DNA of 64,000 nt, taken from the NCBI RefSeq assembly GCF_963921235.1, contig NC_086109.1, positions 558,001 through 622,000 of the forward strand, given 5' to 3'. The translations under genes were made by a program, and so were the position numbers. Under the pieces are notes generated by a model. That model saw only the letters and a list, made by a program, of their open reading frames with translations. It was not told where the DNA came from and did not search any database. Every line of letters begins with the position of its first letter. Positions within the stretch are counted from its first letter, which is position 1. Positions 1-14,000 of the stretch are shown one piece after another. Origin of the DNA: Mobula hypostoma. Its lineage: Eukaryota.

Positions 1-3000
1 ATGAGTTTCAGGGCAGGAGTTTCAGGGCATGAGATTCAGGGCATGAGATTCAGGACAGGAGTTTCAGGGCATGAGATTCAGGGCAGGAGTTTCAGTGCAG
101 GAGTTTCAGGGCATGAGATTCAGGGCATGAGATTCAGGACAGGAGTTTCAGGGCATGAGATTCAGGGCTGTGGTTTCAGGGCAGGAGATTCAGGGCAGGA
201 GTTTCAGGGCAGGAGTTTCAGAGTATAAGATTCAGGGCATGAAATTCAGGGCATGAGATTCAGGGCAGGAGTTTCAGGTCAGGAGTTTCAGGGCATGAGA
301 TTCAGGGCAGGAGTTTCAGGGCTTGAGATTCAGGGCATGAGATTCAGGGCTGTCGTTTCAGGGCAGGAGATTCAGGGCAGGAGTTTCAGGGCATGAGATT
401 CAGGGCATGAGTTTCAGAGCAGGAGTTTCAGGGCATGAGATTCAGGGCAGTAGTTTCAGGGCTTGAGATTCAGGGCTGGAGTTTCAGGGCATGAGATTCA
501 GGGCATGAGATTCAGGGCAGGAGTTTCAGGGCATGAGATTCAGGGCATGAGATTCAGGGCATGAGTTTCAGGACAGGAGTTTCAAGGCATGAGATTCAGG
601 GCATGAATTTCAGGGCATGAGATTCAGGGCATGAGATTCAGGGCAGGAGTTTCAGGGCATGAGATTCAGGGCTGTGGTTTCAGGGCAGGAGATTCAGGGC
701 AGGAGCTTCAGGACAGGAGTTTCAGGGCATGAGATTCAGAACATGAGATTCAGGACAGGAGTTTCAGGGCATGAGTTTCAGGGCAGGAGTTTCAGGGCAT
801 GAGATTCAGGGCAGGAGTTTCAGGGCATGAGATTCAGGGCATGAGATTCAGGGCAGGAGTTTCAGGGCATGAGATTCAGGGCAGTAGATTCAGGGCATGA
901 GATTCAGGGCATGAGTTTCAGGGCAGGAGTTTCAGGGCATGAGATTCAGAACATGAGATTCAGGACAGGAGTTTCAGGGAATGAGATTCAGGGCAGGAGT
1001 TTCAGTGCAGGAGTTTCAGGGCATGAGACTCAGAGCATGAGGTTCAGGACAGGAGTTTCAGGGCATGAGATTCAGGGCTGTGGTTTCAGGGCAGGAGATT
1101 CAGGGCAGGAGTTTCAGGACAGGAGTTTCAGAGTATAAGATTCAGGGCATGAAATTCAGGGCTTGAGATTCAGGGCAGGAGTTTCAGGTCAGGAGTTTCA
1201 GGGCATGAGATTCAGGGCAGGAGTTTCAGGGCTTGAGATTCAGGGCATGAGATTCAGGGCTGTCGTTTCAGGGCAGGAGATTCAGGGCAGGAGTTTCAGG
1301 GCATGAGATTTAGGGCATGAGTTTCAGAGCAGGAGTTTCAGGGCATGAGATTCAGGGCAGTAGTTTCAGGGCTTGAGATTCAGGGCTGGAGTTTCAGGGC
1401 ATGAGATTTAGGGTACGAGTTTCAGGGCAGGAGTTTCAGGGCAAGAGATTCAGGGCATGAGATTCAGGGCATGAGTTTCAGGACAGGAGTTTCAAGGCAT
1501 GAGATTCAGGGCATGAATTTCAGGGCATGAGATTCAGGGCATGAGATTCAGGGCAGGAGTTTCAGGGCATGAGATTCAGGGCTGTGGTTTCAGGGCAGGA
1601 GATTCAGGGCAGGAGTTTCAGGGCAGGAGCTTCAGGACAGGAGTTTCAGGGTATGAGATTCAGGGCATGAAATTCAGGGCTTGAGATTCAGGGCAGGAGT
1701 TTCAGGTCAGGAGTTTCAGGGCATGAGATTCAGGGCAGGAGTTTCAGGGCTTGAGATTCAGGGCATGAGATTCAGGGCTGTCGTTTCAGGGCAGGAGATT
1801 CAGGGCAGGAGTTTCAGGGCATGAGATTTAGGGCATGAGTTTCAGAGCAGGAGTTTCAGGGCATGAGATTCAGGGCAGTAGTTTCAGGGCTTGAGATTCA
1901 GGGCTGGAGTTTCAGGGCATGAGATTTAGGGTACGAGTTTCAGGGCAGGAGTTTCAGGGCAAGAGATTCAGGGCATGAGATTCAGGGCATGAGTTTCAGG
2001 ACAGGAGTTTCAAGGCATGAGATTCAGGGCATGAATTTCAGGGCATGAGATTCAGGGCATGAGATTCAGGGCAGGAGTTTCAGGGCATGAGATTCAGGGC
2101 AGGAGTTTCAGGGCATGAGATTCAGGGCAGGAGTTTCAGGGCATGAGTTTCAGGGCATGAGATTCAGGGCATGAGTTTCAGGGCATGAGATTCAGGGCAG
2201 GCGTTTCAGGGCATGAGAGTCAGGGCAGTAGTTTCAGGGCTTGAAATTCAGGGCAGGAGTTTCAGGGCATCATATTCAGGGCAGGAGTTTCAGTGCAGGA
2301 GTTTCAGGGCATGAGATTCAGAGCATCAGATTCAGGACAGGAGTTTCAGGGCATGAGATTCAGGGCTGTGGTTTCAGGGCAGGAGATTCAGGGCAGGAGT
2401 TTCAGGGCATGTGATTCAGGGATGGAGTTTCAGGGCATGAGATTCAGGGCAGGAGTTTCAGGGCATGAGATTCAGGGCAGGAGTTTCAGGGCATGAGATT
2501 CAGGGCATGAGATTCAGGGCAGGAGTTTCAGGGCAAGAGATTCAGGGTAGGAGATTCAGGGCATGAGATTCAGGGCATGAGTTTCAGAACAGGAGTTTCA
2601 AGGTATGAGCTTCAGGGCATGATTTTCAGGGCAGGTCTTTCAGAGCAGGAGTTTCAAGGCATGAGATTCAGGGCAGTAGTTTCAGGGCATGAGATTCAGG
2701 GCATGAGTTTCAGGGCAGGAGTTTCAGGGCATGAGATTCAGGGCATGAGATTCAGGACAGGAGTTTCAGGGCATGAGATTCAGGGCAGTAGTTTCAGGGC
2801 ATGAGATTCTGGGCAGCAGTTTCAGGGCATGAGATTCAGGGCATGAGTTTCAGGGCTTGAGATTCAGGGCAGGAGATTCAGGGCATGAGATTCAGGGCAG
2901 TAGTTTCAGGGCTTGAGATTCAGGGCAGGAGTTTCAGGGCATGAGATTCAGGGCATGAGTTTCAGGGCAGGAGTTTCAGGGCAGGAGTTTCAGGGCAGGA

Positions 3001-5090
3001 GTTTCAGGGCATGAGATTCAGGGCATGAGTTTCAGACCAGGAGTTTCAGGGCATGAGATTCAGGGCTGTGGTTTCAGGGCAGGAGATTCAGGGCAGTAGT
3101 TTCAGGGCATGAGATTCAGGGCATGAGTTTCAGGGCAGGAGTTTCAGAGTATAAGATTCAGGGCATGAAATTCAGGGCTTGAGATTCAGGGCAGGAGTTT
3201 CAGGTCAGGAGTTTCAGGGCATGAGATTCAGGGCAGGAGTTTCAGGGCTTGAGATTCAGGGCATGAGATTCAGGGCTGTCGTTTCAGGGCAGGAGATTCA
3301 GGGCAGGAGTTTCAGGGCATGAGATTTAGGGCATGAGTTTCAGAGCAGGAGTTTCAGGGCATGAGATTCAGGGCAGTAGTTTCAGGGCTTGAGATTCAGG
3401 GCTGGAGTTTCAGGGCATGAGATTTAGGGTACGAGTTTCAGGGCAGGAGTTTCAGGGCAAGAGATTCAGGGCATGAGATTCAGGGCATGAGTTTCAGGAC
3501 AGGAGTTTCAAGGCATGAGATTCAGGGCATGAATTTCAGGGCATGAGATTCAGGGCATGAGATTCAGGGCAGGAGTTTCAGGGCATGAGATTCAGGGCTG
3601 TGGTTTCAGGGCAGGAGATTCAGGGCAGGAGCTTCAGGACAGGAGTTTCAGGGTATAAGATTCAGGGCATGAAATTCAGGGCTTGAGATTCAGGGCAGGA
3701 GTTTCAGGTCAGGAGTTTCAGGGCATGAGATTCAGGGCAGGAGTTTCAGGGCTTGAGATTCAGGGCATGAGATTCAGGGCTGTCGTTTCAGGGCAGGAGA
3801 TTCAGGGCAGGAGTTTCAGGGCATGAGATTTAGGGCATGAGTTTCAGAGCAGGAGTTTCAGGGCATGAGATTCAGGGCAGTAGTTTCAGGGCTTGAGATT
3901 CAGGGCTGGAGTTTCAGGGCATGAGATTTAGGGTACGAGTTTCAGGGCAGGAGTTTCAGGGCAAGAGATTCAGGGCATGAGATTCAGGGCATGAGTTTCA
4001 GGACAGGAGTTTCAAGGCATGAGATTCAGGGCATGAATTTCAGGGCATGAGATTCAGGGCATGAGATTCAGGGCAGGAGTTTCAGGGCATGAGATTCAGG
4101 GCTGTGGTTTCAGGGCAGGAGATTCAGGGCAGGAGTTTCAGGGCATGAGATTCAGGGCATGAGATTCAGGGCAGGAGTTTCAGGGCATGAGAGTCAGGGC
4201 AGTAGTTTCAGGGCTTGAGATTCAGGGCAGGAGTTTCAGGGCATGAGATTCAGGGCATGAGTTTCAGGGCAGGAGTTTCAGGGCATGAGATTCAGGGCAT
4301 GAGATTCAGGACAGGAGTTTCAGGGCATGAGATTCAGGGCTGTGGTTTCAGGGCAGGAGTTTCAGGGCATGTGATTCAGGGCATGAGTTTCAGAGAAGGA
4401 GTTTCAGGGCATGAGATTCAGGGATGGAGTTTCAGGGCATGAGATTTAGGGCATGAGGTTCAGGGCAGGAGTTTCAGGGCAAGAGATTCAGGGTAGGAGA
4501 TTCAGGGCTTGCGGAACAGGGCAGGAGTTTCTGGGCATGAGATTCAGGGCTTGAGTTTCAGGGCAATAGAATTAGGACAGGAGTTTCAGGGCATGAGATT
4601 CAGGGCATGAGTTTCAGAACAGGAGTTTCAAGGAATGATATTCAGTGCATGATTTTCAGGGCAGGTCTTTCAGAGCAGGAGTTTCAAGACATGAGATTCA
4701 GGGCAGTAGTTTCAGGGCATGAGATTCAGGGCAGGAGTTTCAGTGCAGGAGTTTCAGGGCATGAGATTCAGAGCATGAGATTCAGGACAGGAGTTTCAGG
4801 GCATGAGATTCACGGCTGTGGTTTCAGGGCAGGAGATTCAGGCAGGAGTATCAGGGCATGAGATTCAGGGCATGAGTTTCAGAGCAGGAGTTTCAGGGCA
4901 TGAGATTCAGGGCCTCAGTTTCAGGGCAGGAGATTCAGGGCAGGAGATTCAGGGCATGAGATTCAGGGCCTGAGGAACAGGGCAGGAGTTTCTGGCCATG
5001 AGATTCAAAGCATGAGATTCAGGGTTTGAGATTCAGGGCAGGAGTTTCAAGACAGGAGTTTCAGGGCATGAGATTCAGGGCAGGAGTTTC
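1..5090. repeat. A-type satellite subdomain with 504/518-bp (36/37-monomer) higher-order units
   Basis: Rich in CATGAGATT monomers with few divergent ones. GGGTACGAG spacings are 518, 1498 and 504, all multiples of 14. The right boundary is approximate. Confidence 0.8.
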
Positions 5091-8000
5091 AGGGCTTGAG
5101 ATTCAGGGCAGGAGTTTCAGGACATGAGATTCAGGGCAGGAGTTTCACAGCAGGAGTTTCAGGGCATGAGATTCAGGGCAGGAGTTTCAGGGCAGGAGTT
5201 TCAGGGCAGGAGATTCAGGGAAGGAGATTCAGTGCAGGAGTTTCCGGGCAGGAGTTTCACGGCAGTAGCTTCAGGGCAGGAGATTCAGGGCTGGAGATTC
5301 AGGGCAGAAGATTCCGAGCTGGAGTTTCAGTGCAGGAGTTTCAGGACTGGAGTTTCAGAGAAGGAGTTTCAAATCGGAGATTCAGTGTTGAAGTTTCTGT
5401 TCAGGTGTTTGAAGTCATGAGTTTCAGGGCAGGAGATTCAGGGCAGCGGTTTCAGGGCAGGAGATTAAGGGCAAGAGATTCAATGGAGGATTTTCAGGGC
5501 AGAAGTTTCAGGGCAGCAGTTTTACGGCTTGAGTTTCAGGGCTGGACTTTCAGGGTTTGAGTTTCAGGGCTTGAGTTTCAGGGCAGGAGTTTCAGGGCAT
5601 GAGATTCAGGGCATGAGATTCAGTGCAGGAGATTCAGGGCAGGAGATTCAGGTCACGAGATTCAAGGCAGTAGTTTCAGGACTATAGTTTCAGGGCAGGA
5701 GTTTCAGACCATGAGTTTCAGAGCAGGAGTTTCACGTCAGGAGATTCAGGACAGATGTGTCAGGTCAGTAGTTTGAAGGCATGAGTTTTAGGGCAGAAGA
5801 TTCAGGGCAGGAGATTCAGGGAAGGAGATTCAGGGCAGTAGTTTCCGGGCAGGAGTTTCACGGCAGTAGCTTCAGGGCAGGAGATTCAGGGCAGGAGATT
5901 CAGGGCAGGAGTTTCCGGGCAGGAGTTTCCCGGTAACCGTTTCCGGGCAGCAGTTTCAGGGCATGAGATTCAAGGCAGGAGTTTGAGGGCATGAGTTTCA
6001 GGGCATGAGTTTCAGTGCAGGAGTTTCAGGACAGGAGTTACAGGACAGGAGATTCAGATCATGAGATTCATGGCAGGAGATAAGGGCCGTAGTTTCAGGG
6101 CAGGAGTTTCAGGACGTGAGTTTCAGAGAAGGAGTTTCACATCAGGAGATTCAGTGTAGAAGTTTCTTTTCAGGAGTTTGAAGGCATGAGTTTCAGGGCA
6201 GCGGTTTCAGGGCAGGAGATTAAGGGCATGAGATTCAGGGCAGGAGATTCAGGGCATGAGATTCAGGGCATGAGATTCAGGGCAGGAGTTTCAGGGCAGG
6301 AGATTCAGGGCATGAGATTCAGGGCATGAGATTTAGTGCAGGAGATTCAGGGCAGGAGATTCAGGGCAGGAGTTTCAGGGCAGGAGATTCAGGGCAGGAG
6401 ATTCAGGGAAGGAGATTCAGGGCAGGAGTTTCCGGGTAGCCGTTTCAGGGCAGCAGTTTCAGGGCATGAGATTCAAGGCAGGAGTTTGAGGGCATGAGTT
6501 TCAGTGCAGGAGTTTCAGGACAGGAGTTACAGGACAGAAGTTTCAGATCATGAGATTCATGGCAGGAGTTAAGGGCCGTAGTTTCAGGGCAGGAGTTTCA
6601 GGACATGAGTTTCAGAGGAGTTTCACATCAGGAGATTCAGTGTAGAAGTTTCTTTTCAGGAGTTTGAAGGCATGAGTTTCAGGGCAGGAGATTCAGGGCA
6701 GCGGTTTCAGGGCAGGAGATTAAGGGCATGAGATTCAATGGAGGAGTTTCAGGGCAGCAATTTTAGGGCTTGAGTTTCAGGGCTGAAGATTCAGGACTGG
6801 AGTTTCAGGGAAGGAGCTTCAGGGTCGTACTTTCAGGGAAAGAGTTTTCGGGCAGGAGTTTCAGCGCAAGAGATTCAGGGCAGCAGTTTCAGCGCAGGAG
6901 TTTCCGGGCAGCAGTTTCAGGGCATGAGATTCAAGGCAGGAGTTTCAGGGCATGAGTTGCAGGGCATGTGTTTCAGGTCACGAGATTCAAGACAGGAGTT
7001 TCAGGACTATAGTTTCAGGGCAGGAGTTTCAGGCCATGAGTTTCAGAGCAGGAGTTTCACTTCAGGAGATACAGTGCAGAAGTTTGAAGGCATGAGTTAC
7101 AGGGCTGGAGATTCAGGGCAGGAGTTTCAGGGAAGGAGATTAAGGGCAGCATTTCAGTTCAGCATTTTCAGGGTAGCAGAATCAGGGCAGGAGTTTCAGG
7201 TTAGTTATTATAGGGCAGCAGTTTCAGGGCATGAGATTCAGGGCAGGAGTTTCAGGTCATGAGATTCAGGGCAGGAGTTTCAGGGCATGAGATTCTGGGC
7301 TGGAGTTCAGGGCAGCAGTTTCCGGCAACAGTTTCAGAGCATGAGATTCAAGGTGGGAGTTTCATGCAGCAGTTTCAGGGCAGCAGTTGCAGGGCAGTAG
7401 TTTCAAGGCAGTCGTTTCAGGGCAGGAGATTCAGGACAGGAGTTTCAGAGCAGGAGTTTCCGGGCAGCAGTTTCAGGGCATGAGATTCAAGGCAGGACTT
7501 TCAGGGCTGTAGTTTCAGGGCAGGAGACTCAGGGCAGGAGCTTCAGGGCAGGAGTTTCAGGGCAGGAGTTTCAGGGCAAGAGATTCAGGGCAGGAGTTTC
7601 AGGCCATGAGTTTCAGAGCAGGAGTTTCACGTCAGGAGATTCAGGACAGATGTGTCAGGTCAGTAGTTTGAAGGCATGAGTTTTAGGGCAGAAGATTCAG
7701 GGCAGGAGATTCAGGGCAGGAGATTCAGGGCAGGAGATTCAGGGCAGGAGTTTCCGGGCAGCAGTTTCAGGGCAACAGTTTCAGGGCATGAGATTCAAGG
7801 CAGGAGTTTCAGGCAGGAGTTTCAGGACAGGAGTTTCATGTCTTGAGATTCATGGCCGGACTTAAGGGCTGTAGTTTCCGGGCAGCAGTTTCAGGGCAAC
7901 AGTTTCAGGGCATGGGATTCAAGGCAGGAGTTTCAGGGCATGAGTTGCAGGGCATGTGTTTCAGGTCACGAGATTCAAGACAGGAGTTTCAGGACTATAG

Positions 8001-11000
8001 TTTCAGGGCAGGAGTTTCAGGCCATGAGTTTCAGAGCAGGAGTTTCACTTCAGGAGATACAGTGCAGAAGTTTGAAGGCATGAGTTACAGGGCTGGAGAT
8101 TCAGGGCAGGAGTTTCAGGGAAGGAGATTAAGGGCAGCATTTCAGTTCAGCATTTTCAGGGTAGCAGAATCAGGGCAGGAGTTTCAGGTTAGTTATTATA
8201 GGGCAGCAGTTTCAGGGCATGAGATTCAGGGCAGGAGTTTCAGGTCATGAGATTCAGGGCAGGAGTTTCAGGGCATGAGATTCTGGGCTGGAGTTCAGGG
8301 CAGCAGTTTCCGGCAACAGTTTCAGAGCATGAGATTCAAGGTGGGAGTTTCATGCAGCAGTTTCAGGGCAGCAGTTTCAGGGCAGTAGTTTCAAGGCAGT
8401 CGTTTCAGGGCAGGAGATTCAGGACAGGAGTTTCAGAGCAGGAGTTTCCGGGCAGCAGTTTCAGGGCATGAGATTCAAGGCAGGACTTTCAGGGCTGTAG
8501 TTTCAGGGCAGGAGACTCAGGGCAGGAGCTTCAGGGCAGGAGTTTCAGGGCAGGAGTTTCAGGGCAGGAGATTCAGGGCAGGAGTTTCAGGCCATGAGTT
8601 TCAGAGCAGGAGTTTCACGTCAGGAGATTCAGGACAGATGTGTCAGGTCAGTAGTTTGAAGGCATGAGTTTTAGGGCAGAAGATTCAGGGCAGGAGATTC
8701 AGGGCAGGAGATTCAGGGCAGGAGTTTCCGGGCAGCAGTTTCAGGGCAACAGTTTCAGGGCATGAGATTCAAGGCAGGAGTTCAAGGGCAGGAGTTTCAG
8801 GGCATGAGTTTCAGGACAGGAGTTTCAGGCAGGAGTTTCAGGACAGGAGTTTCATGTCATGAGATTCATGGCCGAACTTAAGGGCTGTAGTTTCCGGGCA
8901 GCAGTTTCAGGCCAACAGTTTCAGGGCATGGGATTCAAGGCAGGAGTTTGAGGGCATGGGTTTCAGGGCATGAATTTCAGAGCAGAATTTTCAGGGCAGC
9001 AGTTTTAAGGCTTGAGTTTCAGGGCTTGACTTTCAGGGTTTGAGTTTCAGGGCTTGAGTTTCAGGGCAGGAGTTTCAGGGCATGAGATTCAGGGCTGTGG
9101 TTTCAGGGCAGGAGATTCAGGGCAGGAGTTTCAGGGCATGAGTTTCAGAGCAGGGGTTTCAGGGCATGAGATTCAGGGCTTGAGTTTCAGGGCAGGAGAA
9201 TTAGGACAGGAGTTTCAGGGCATGAGATTCGGGGCATGAGTTTCAGAACAGGAGTTTCAAGGTACGAGATTCAGGGCATGATGTTCAGGGCAGGTCTTTC
9301 AGAGCAGAAGTTTCAGGGCATGAGATTCAGGGCTTGAGTTTCAGGGCAGGAGAATTAGGACAGGAGTTTCAGGGCATGAGATTCAGGGCATGAGTTTCAG
9401 AACAGGAGTTTCAAGGTATGAGATTCAGGGCATGATTTTCAGGGCAGGTCTTTCAGAGCAGGAGTTTCAAGGCATGAGATTCAGGGCAGTAGTTTCAGGA
9501 CATGAGATTCAGGGCAGGAGTTTCAGTGCAGGAGTTTCAGAGCATGAGATTCAGAGCATGAGATTCAGGACAGGAGTTTCAGGGCATGAGATTCACGGCT
9601 GTGGTTTCAGGGCAGGAGATTCTGGCAGGAGTATCAGGGCACGAGATTCAGGGCATGAGTTTCAGAGCAGGATTTACAGGGCATGAGATTCAGGGCAGTA
9701 GTTTCAGGGCTTGAGATTCAGGGCTGGAGTTTCAAGGCATGAGACTTAGGGGATGAGTTTCAATGCAGGAGTTTCAGGGCAAGAGATTCAGGGCAGGAAA
9801 TTCAGGGCATGAGATTCAGGGCATGAGTTTCAGGACAGGAGTTTCAAGGCATGAGATTCAGGGCCGTTTCAGGGCAGGAGATTCAGGGCAGGAATTTCGG
9901 GGCATGAGATTCAGGGCATGAGTTTCAGGGCAGGAGTTTCTGGGCAGGAGATTCAGGGCATGAGATTCAGGGCCTGAGGAACAGGGCAGGAGTTTCTGGC
10001 CATGAGATTCAGGCCATGAGATTCAGGGTTTGAGATTCCGGGTATGAGTTTCAGAGCAGGAGTTTCAGGGCATGAGATTCAGGGCAGGAGTTTCATGGCA
10101 TGAGATTCAGGGCATGAGTTTCAGGGCAGGAGAATCAGTACAGGAGTTTCAGGGCATGAGATTCAGGGCATGAGTTTCAGAACAGGAGTTTCAAGGTATG
10201 AGATTCAGGGCATGATTTTCAGGGCAGATCTTTCAGAGCAGGAGTTTCAAGGCATGAGATTCAGGGCAGTAGATTCAGGGCATGAGATTCAGGGCATGAT
10301 TTTTTGGACAGGAGTTACAGGACAGGAGTTTCAGATCATGAGATTCATGGCAGGAGATAAGGGCCGTAGTTTCATGGCAGGAGTTTCAGGACGTGAGTTT
10401 CAGAGAAGGAGTTTCACATCAGGAGATTCAGTGTAGAAGTTTCTTTTCAGGAGTTTGAAGGCATGAGTTTCAGGGCAGCGGTTTCAGGGCAGGAGATTAA
10501 GGGCATGAGATTCAGGGCAGGAGATTCAGGGCATGAGATTCAGGACATGAGATTCAGGGCAGGAGTTTCAGGGCAGGAGATTCAGGGCATGAGATTCAGG
10601 GCAGGAGATTCAGGGAAGGAGATTCAGGGCAGGAGTTTCCGGGTAGCCGTTTCAGGGCAGCAGTTTCAGGGCATGAGATTCAAGGCAGGAGTTTGAGGGC
10701 ATGAGTTTCAGGGCATGAGTTTCAGTGCAGGAGTTTCAGGACAGGAGTTACAGGACAGAAGTTTCAGATCATGAGATTCATGGCAGGAGTTAAGGGCCGT
10801 AGTTTCAGGGCAGGAGTTTCAGGACATGAGTTTCAGAGGAGTTTCACATCAGGAGATTCAGTGTAGAAGTTTCTTTTCAGGAGTTTGAAGGCATGAGTTT
10901 CAGGGCAGGAGATTCAGGGCAGCGGTTTCAGGGCAGGAGATTAAGGGCATGAGATTCAATGGAGGAGTTTCAGGGCAGCAATTTTAGGGCTTGAGTTTCA

Positions 11001-14000
11001 GGGCTGAAGATTCAGGACTGGAGTTTCAGGGAAGGGGATTCAGGACAGGAGCTTCAGGGTCGTACTTTCAGGGAAAGAGTTTTCGGGCAGGAGTTTCAGC
11101 GCAAGAGATTCAGGGCAGCAGTTTCAGCGCAGGAGTTTCCGGGCAGCAGTTTCAGGGCATGAGATTCAAGGCAGGAGTTTCAGGGCATGAGTTGCAGGGC
11201 ATGTGTTTCAGGTCACGAGATTCAAGACAGGAGTTTCAGGACTATAGTTTCAGGGCAGGAGTTTCAGGCCATGAGTTTCAGAGCAGGAGTTTCACTTCAG
11301 GAGATACAGTGCAGAAGTTTGAAGGCATGAGTTACAGGGCTGGAGATTCAGGGCAGGAGTTTCAGGGAAGGAGATTAAGGGCAGCATTTCAGTTCAGCAT
11401 TTTCAGGGTAGCAGAATCAGGGCAGGAGTTTCAGGTTAGTTATTATAGGGCAGCAGTTTCAGGGCATGAGATTCAGGGCAGGAGTTTCAGGTCATGAGAT
11501 TCAGGGCAGGAGTTTCAGGGCATGAGATTCTGGGCTGGAGTTCAGGGCAGCAGTTTCCGGCAACAGTTTCAGAGCATGAGATTCAAGGTGGGAGTTTCAT
11601 GCAGCAGTTTCAGGGCAGCAGTTGCAGGGCAGTAGTTTCAAGGCAGTCGTTTCAGGGCAGGAGATTCAGGACGGGAGTTTCAGAGCAGGAGTTTCCGGGC
11701 AGCAGTTTCAGGGCATGAGATTCAAGGCAGGACTTTCAGGGCTGTAGTTTCAGGGCAGGAGACTCAGGGCAGGAGCTTCAGGGCAGGAGTTTCAGGGCAG
11801 GAGTTTCAGGGCAGGAGATTCAGGGCAGGAGTTTCAGGCCATGAGTTTCAGAGCAGGAGTTTCACGTCAGGAGATTCAGGACAGATGTGTCAGGTCAGTA
11901 GTTTGAAGGCATGAGTTTTAGGGCAGAAGATTCAGGGCAGGAGATTCAGGGCAGGAGATTCAGGGCAGGAGTTTCCGGGCAGCAGTTTCAGGGCAACAGT
12001 TTCAGGGCATGAGATTCAAGGCCGGAGTTCAAGGGCAGGAGTTTCAGGGCATGAGTTTCAGGACAGGAGTTTCAGGCAGGAGTTTCAGGACAGGAGTTTC
12101 ATGTCATGAGATTCATGGCCGGACTTAAGGGCTGTAGTTTCCGGGCAGCAGTTTCAGGCCAACAGTTTCAGGGCATGGGATTCAAGGCAGGAGTTTGAGG
12201 GCATGGGTTTCAGGGCATGAATTTCAGAGCAGAATTTTCAGGGCAGCAGTTTTACGGCTTGAGTTTCAGGGCTTGACTTTCAGGGTTTGAGTTTCAGGGC
12301 TTGAGTTTCAGGGCAGGAGTTTCAGGGCATGAGATTCAGGGCTGTGGTTTCAGGGCAGGAGATTCAGGGCAGGAGTTTCAGGGCATGATTTTCTGAGCAG
12401 GGGTTTCAGGGCATGAGATTCAGGGCTTGAGTTTCAGGGCAGGAGAATTAGGACAGGAGTTTCAGGGCATGAGATTCGGGGCATGAGTTTCAGAACAGGA
12501 GTTACAGGGCATGAGATTCAGGGCAGTAGTTTCAGGGCTTGAGATTCAGGGCTGGAGTTTCAAGGCATGAGACTTAGGGGATGAGTTTCAGGGCAGGAGT
12601 TTCAGGGCAAGAGATTCAGGGCAGGAAATTCAGGGCATGAGATTCAGGGCATGAGTTTCAGGACAGGAGTTTCAAGGCATGAGATTCAGGGCCGTTTCAG
12701 GGCAGGAGATTCAGGGCAGGAATTTCGGGGCATGAGATTCAGGGCATGAGTTTCAGGGCAGGAGTTTCTGGGCAGGAGATTCAGGGCATGAGATTCAGGG
12801 CCTGAGGAACAGGGCAGGAGTTTCTGGCCATGAGATTCAGGCCATGAGATTCAGGGTTTGAGATTCCGGGTATGAGTTTCAGAGCAGGAGTTTCAGGGCA
12901 TGAGATTCAGGGCAGGAGTTTCATGGCATGAGATTCTGGGCATGAGTTTCAGGGCAGGAGAATCAGTACAGGAGTTTCAGGGCATGAGATTCAGGGCATG
13001 AGTTTCAGAACAGGAGTTTCAAGGTATGAGATTCAGGGCATGATTTTCAGGGCAGATCTTTCAGAGCAGGAGTTTCAAGGCATGAGATTCAGGGCAGTAG
13101 ATTCAGGGCATGAGATTCAGGGCATGATTTTTTGGACAGGAGTTACAGGACAGGAGTTTCAGATCATGAGATTCATGGCAGGAGATAAGGGCCGTAGTTT
13201 CATGGCAGGAGTTTCAGGACGTGAGTTTCAGAGAAGGAGTTTCACATCAGGAGATTCAGTGTAGAAGTTTCTTTTCAGGAGTTTGAAGGCATGAGTTTCA
13301 GGGCAGCGGTTTCAGGGCAGGAGATTAAGGGCATGAGATTCAGGGCAGGAGATTCAGGGCATGAGATTCAGGACATGAGATTCAGGGCAGGAGTTTTAGG
13401 GCAGGAGATTCAGGGCATGAGATTCAGGGCATGAGATTTAGTGCAGGAGATTCAGGGCAGGAGATTCAGGGCAGGAGTTTCAGGGCAGGAGATTCAGGGC
13501 AGGAGATTCAGGGAAGGAGATTCAGGGCAGGAGTTTCCGGGTAGCCGTTTCAGGGCAGCAGTTTCAGGTCATGAGATTCAAGGCAGGAGTTTGAGGGCAT
13601 GAGTTTCAGGGCATGAGTTTCAGTGCAGGAGTTTCAGGACAGGAGTTACAGGACAGAAGTTTCAGATCATGAGATTCATGGCAGGAGTTAAGGGCCGTAG
13701 TTTCAGGGCAGGAGTTTCAGGAGATGAGTTTCAGAGGAGTTTCACATCAGGAGATTCAGTGTAGAAGTTTCTTTTCAGGAGTTTGAAGGCATGAGTTTCA
13801 GGGCAGGAGATTCAGGGCAGCGGTTTCAGGGCAGGAGATTAAGGGCATGAGATTCAATGGAGGAGTTTCAGGGCAGCAATTTTAGGGCTTGAGTTTCAGG
13901 GCTGAAGATTCAGGACTGGAGTTTCAGGGAAGGAGCTTCAGGATCGTACTTTCAGGGAAAGTGTTTTCGGGCAGGAGTTTCAGCGCAAGAGATTCAGGGC

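Noticed and set aside
1300..1420. TTAGGG hexamers
   Set aside because: Isolated C-to-T variants of TTCAGGG within monomers, never tandem; not a telomere tract.
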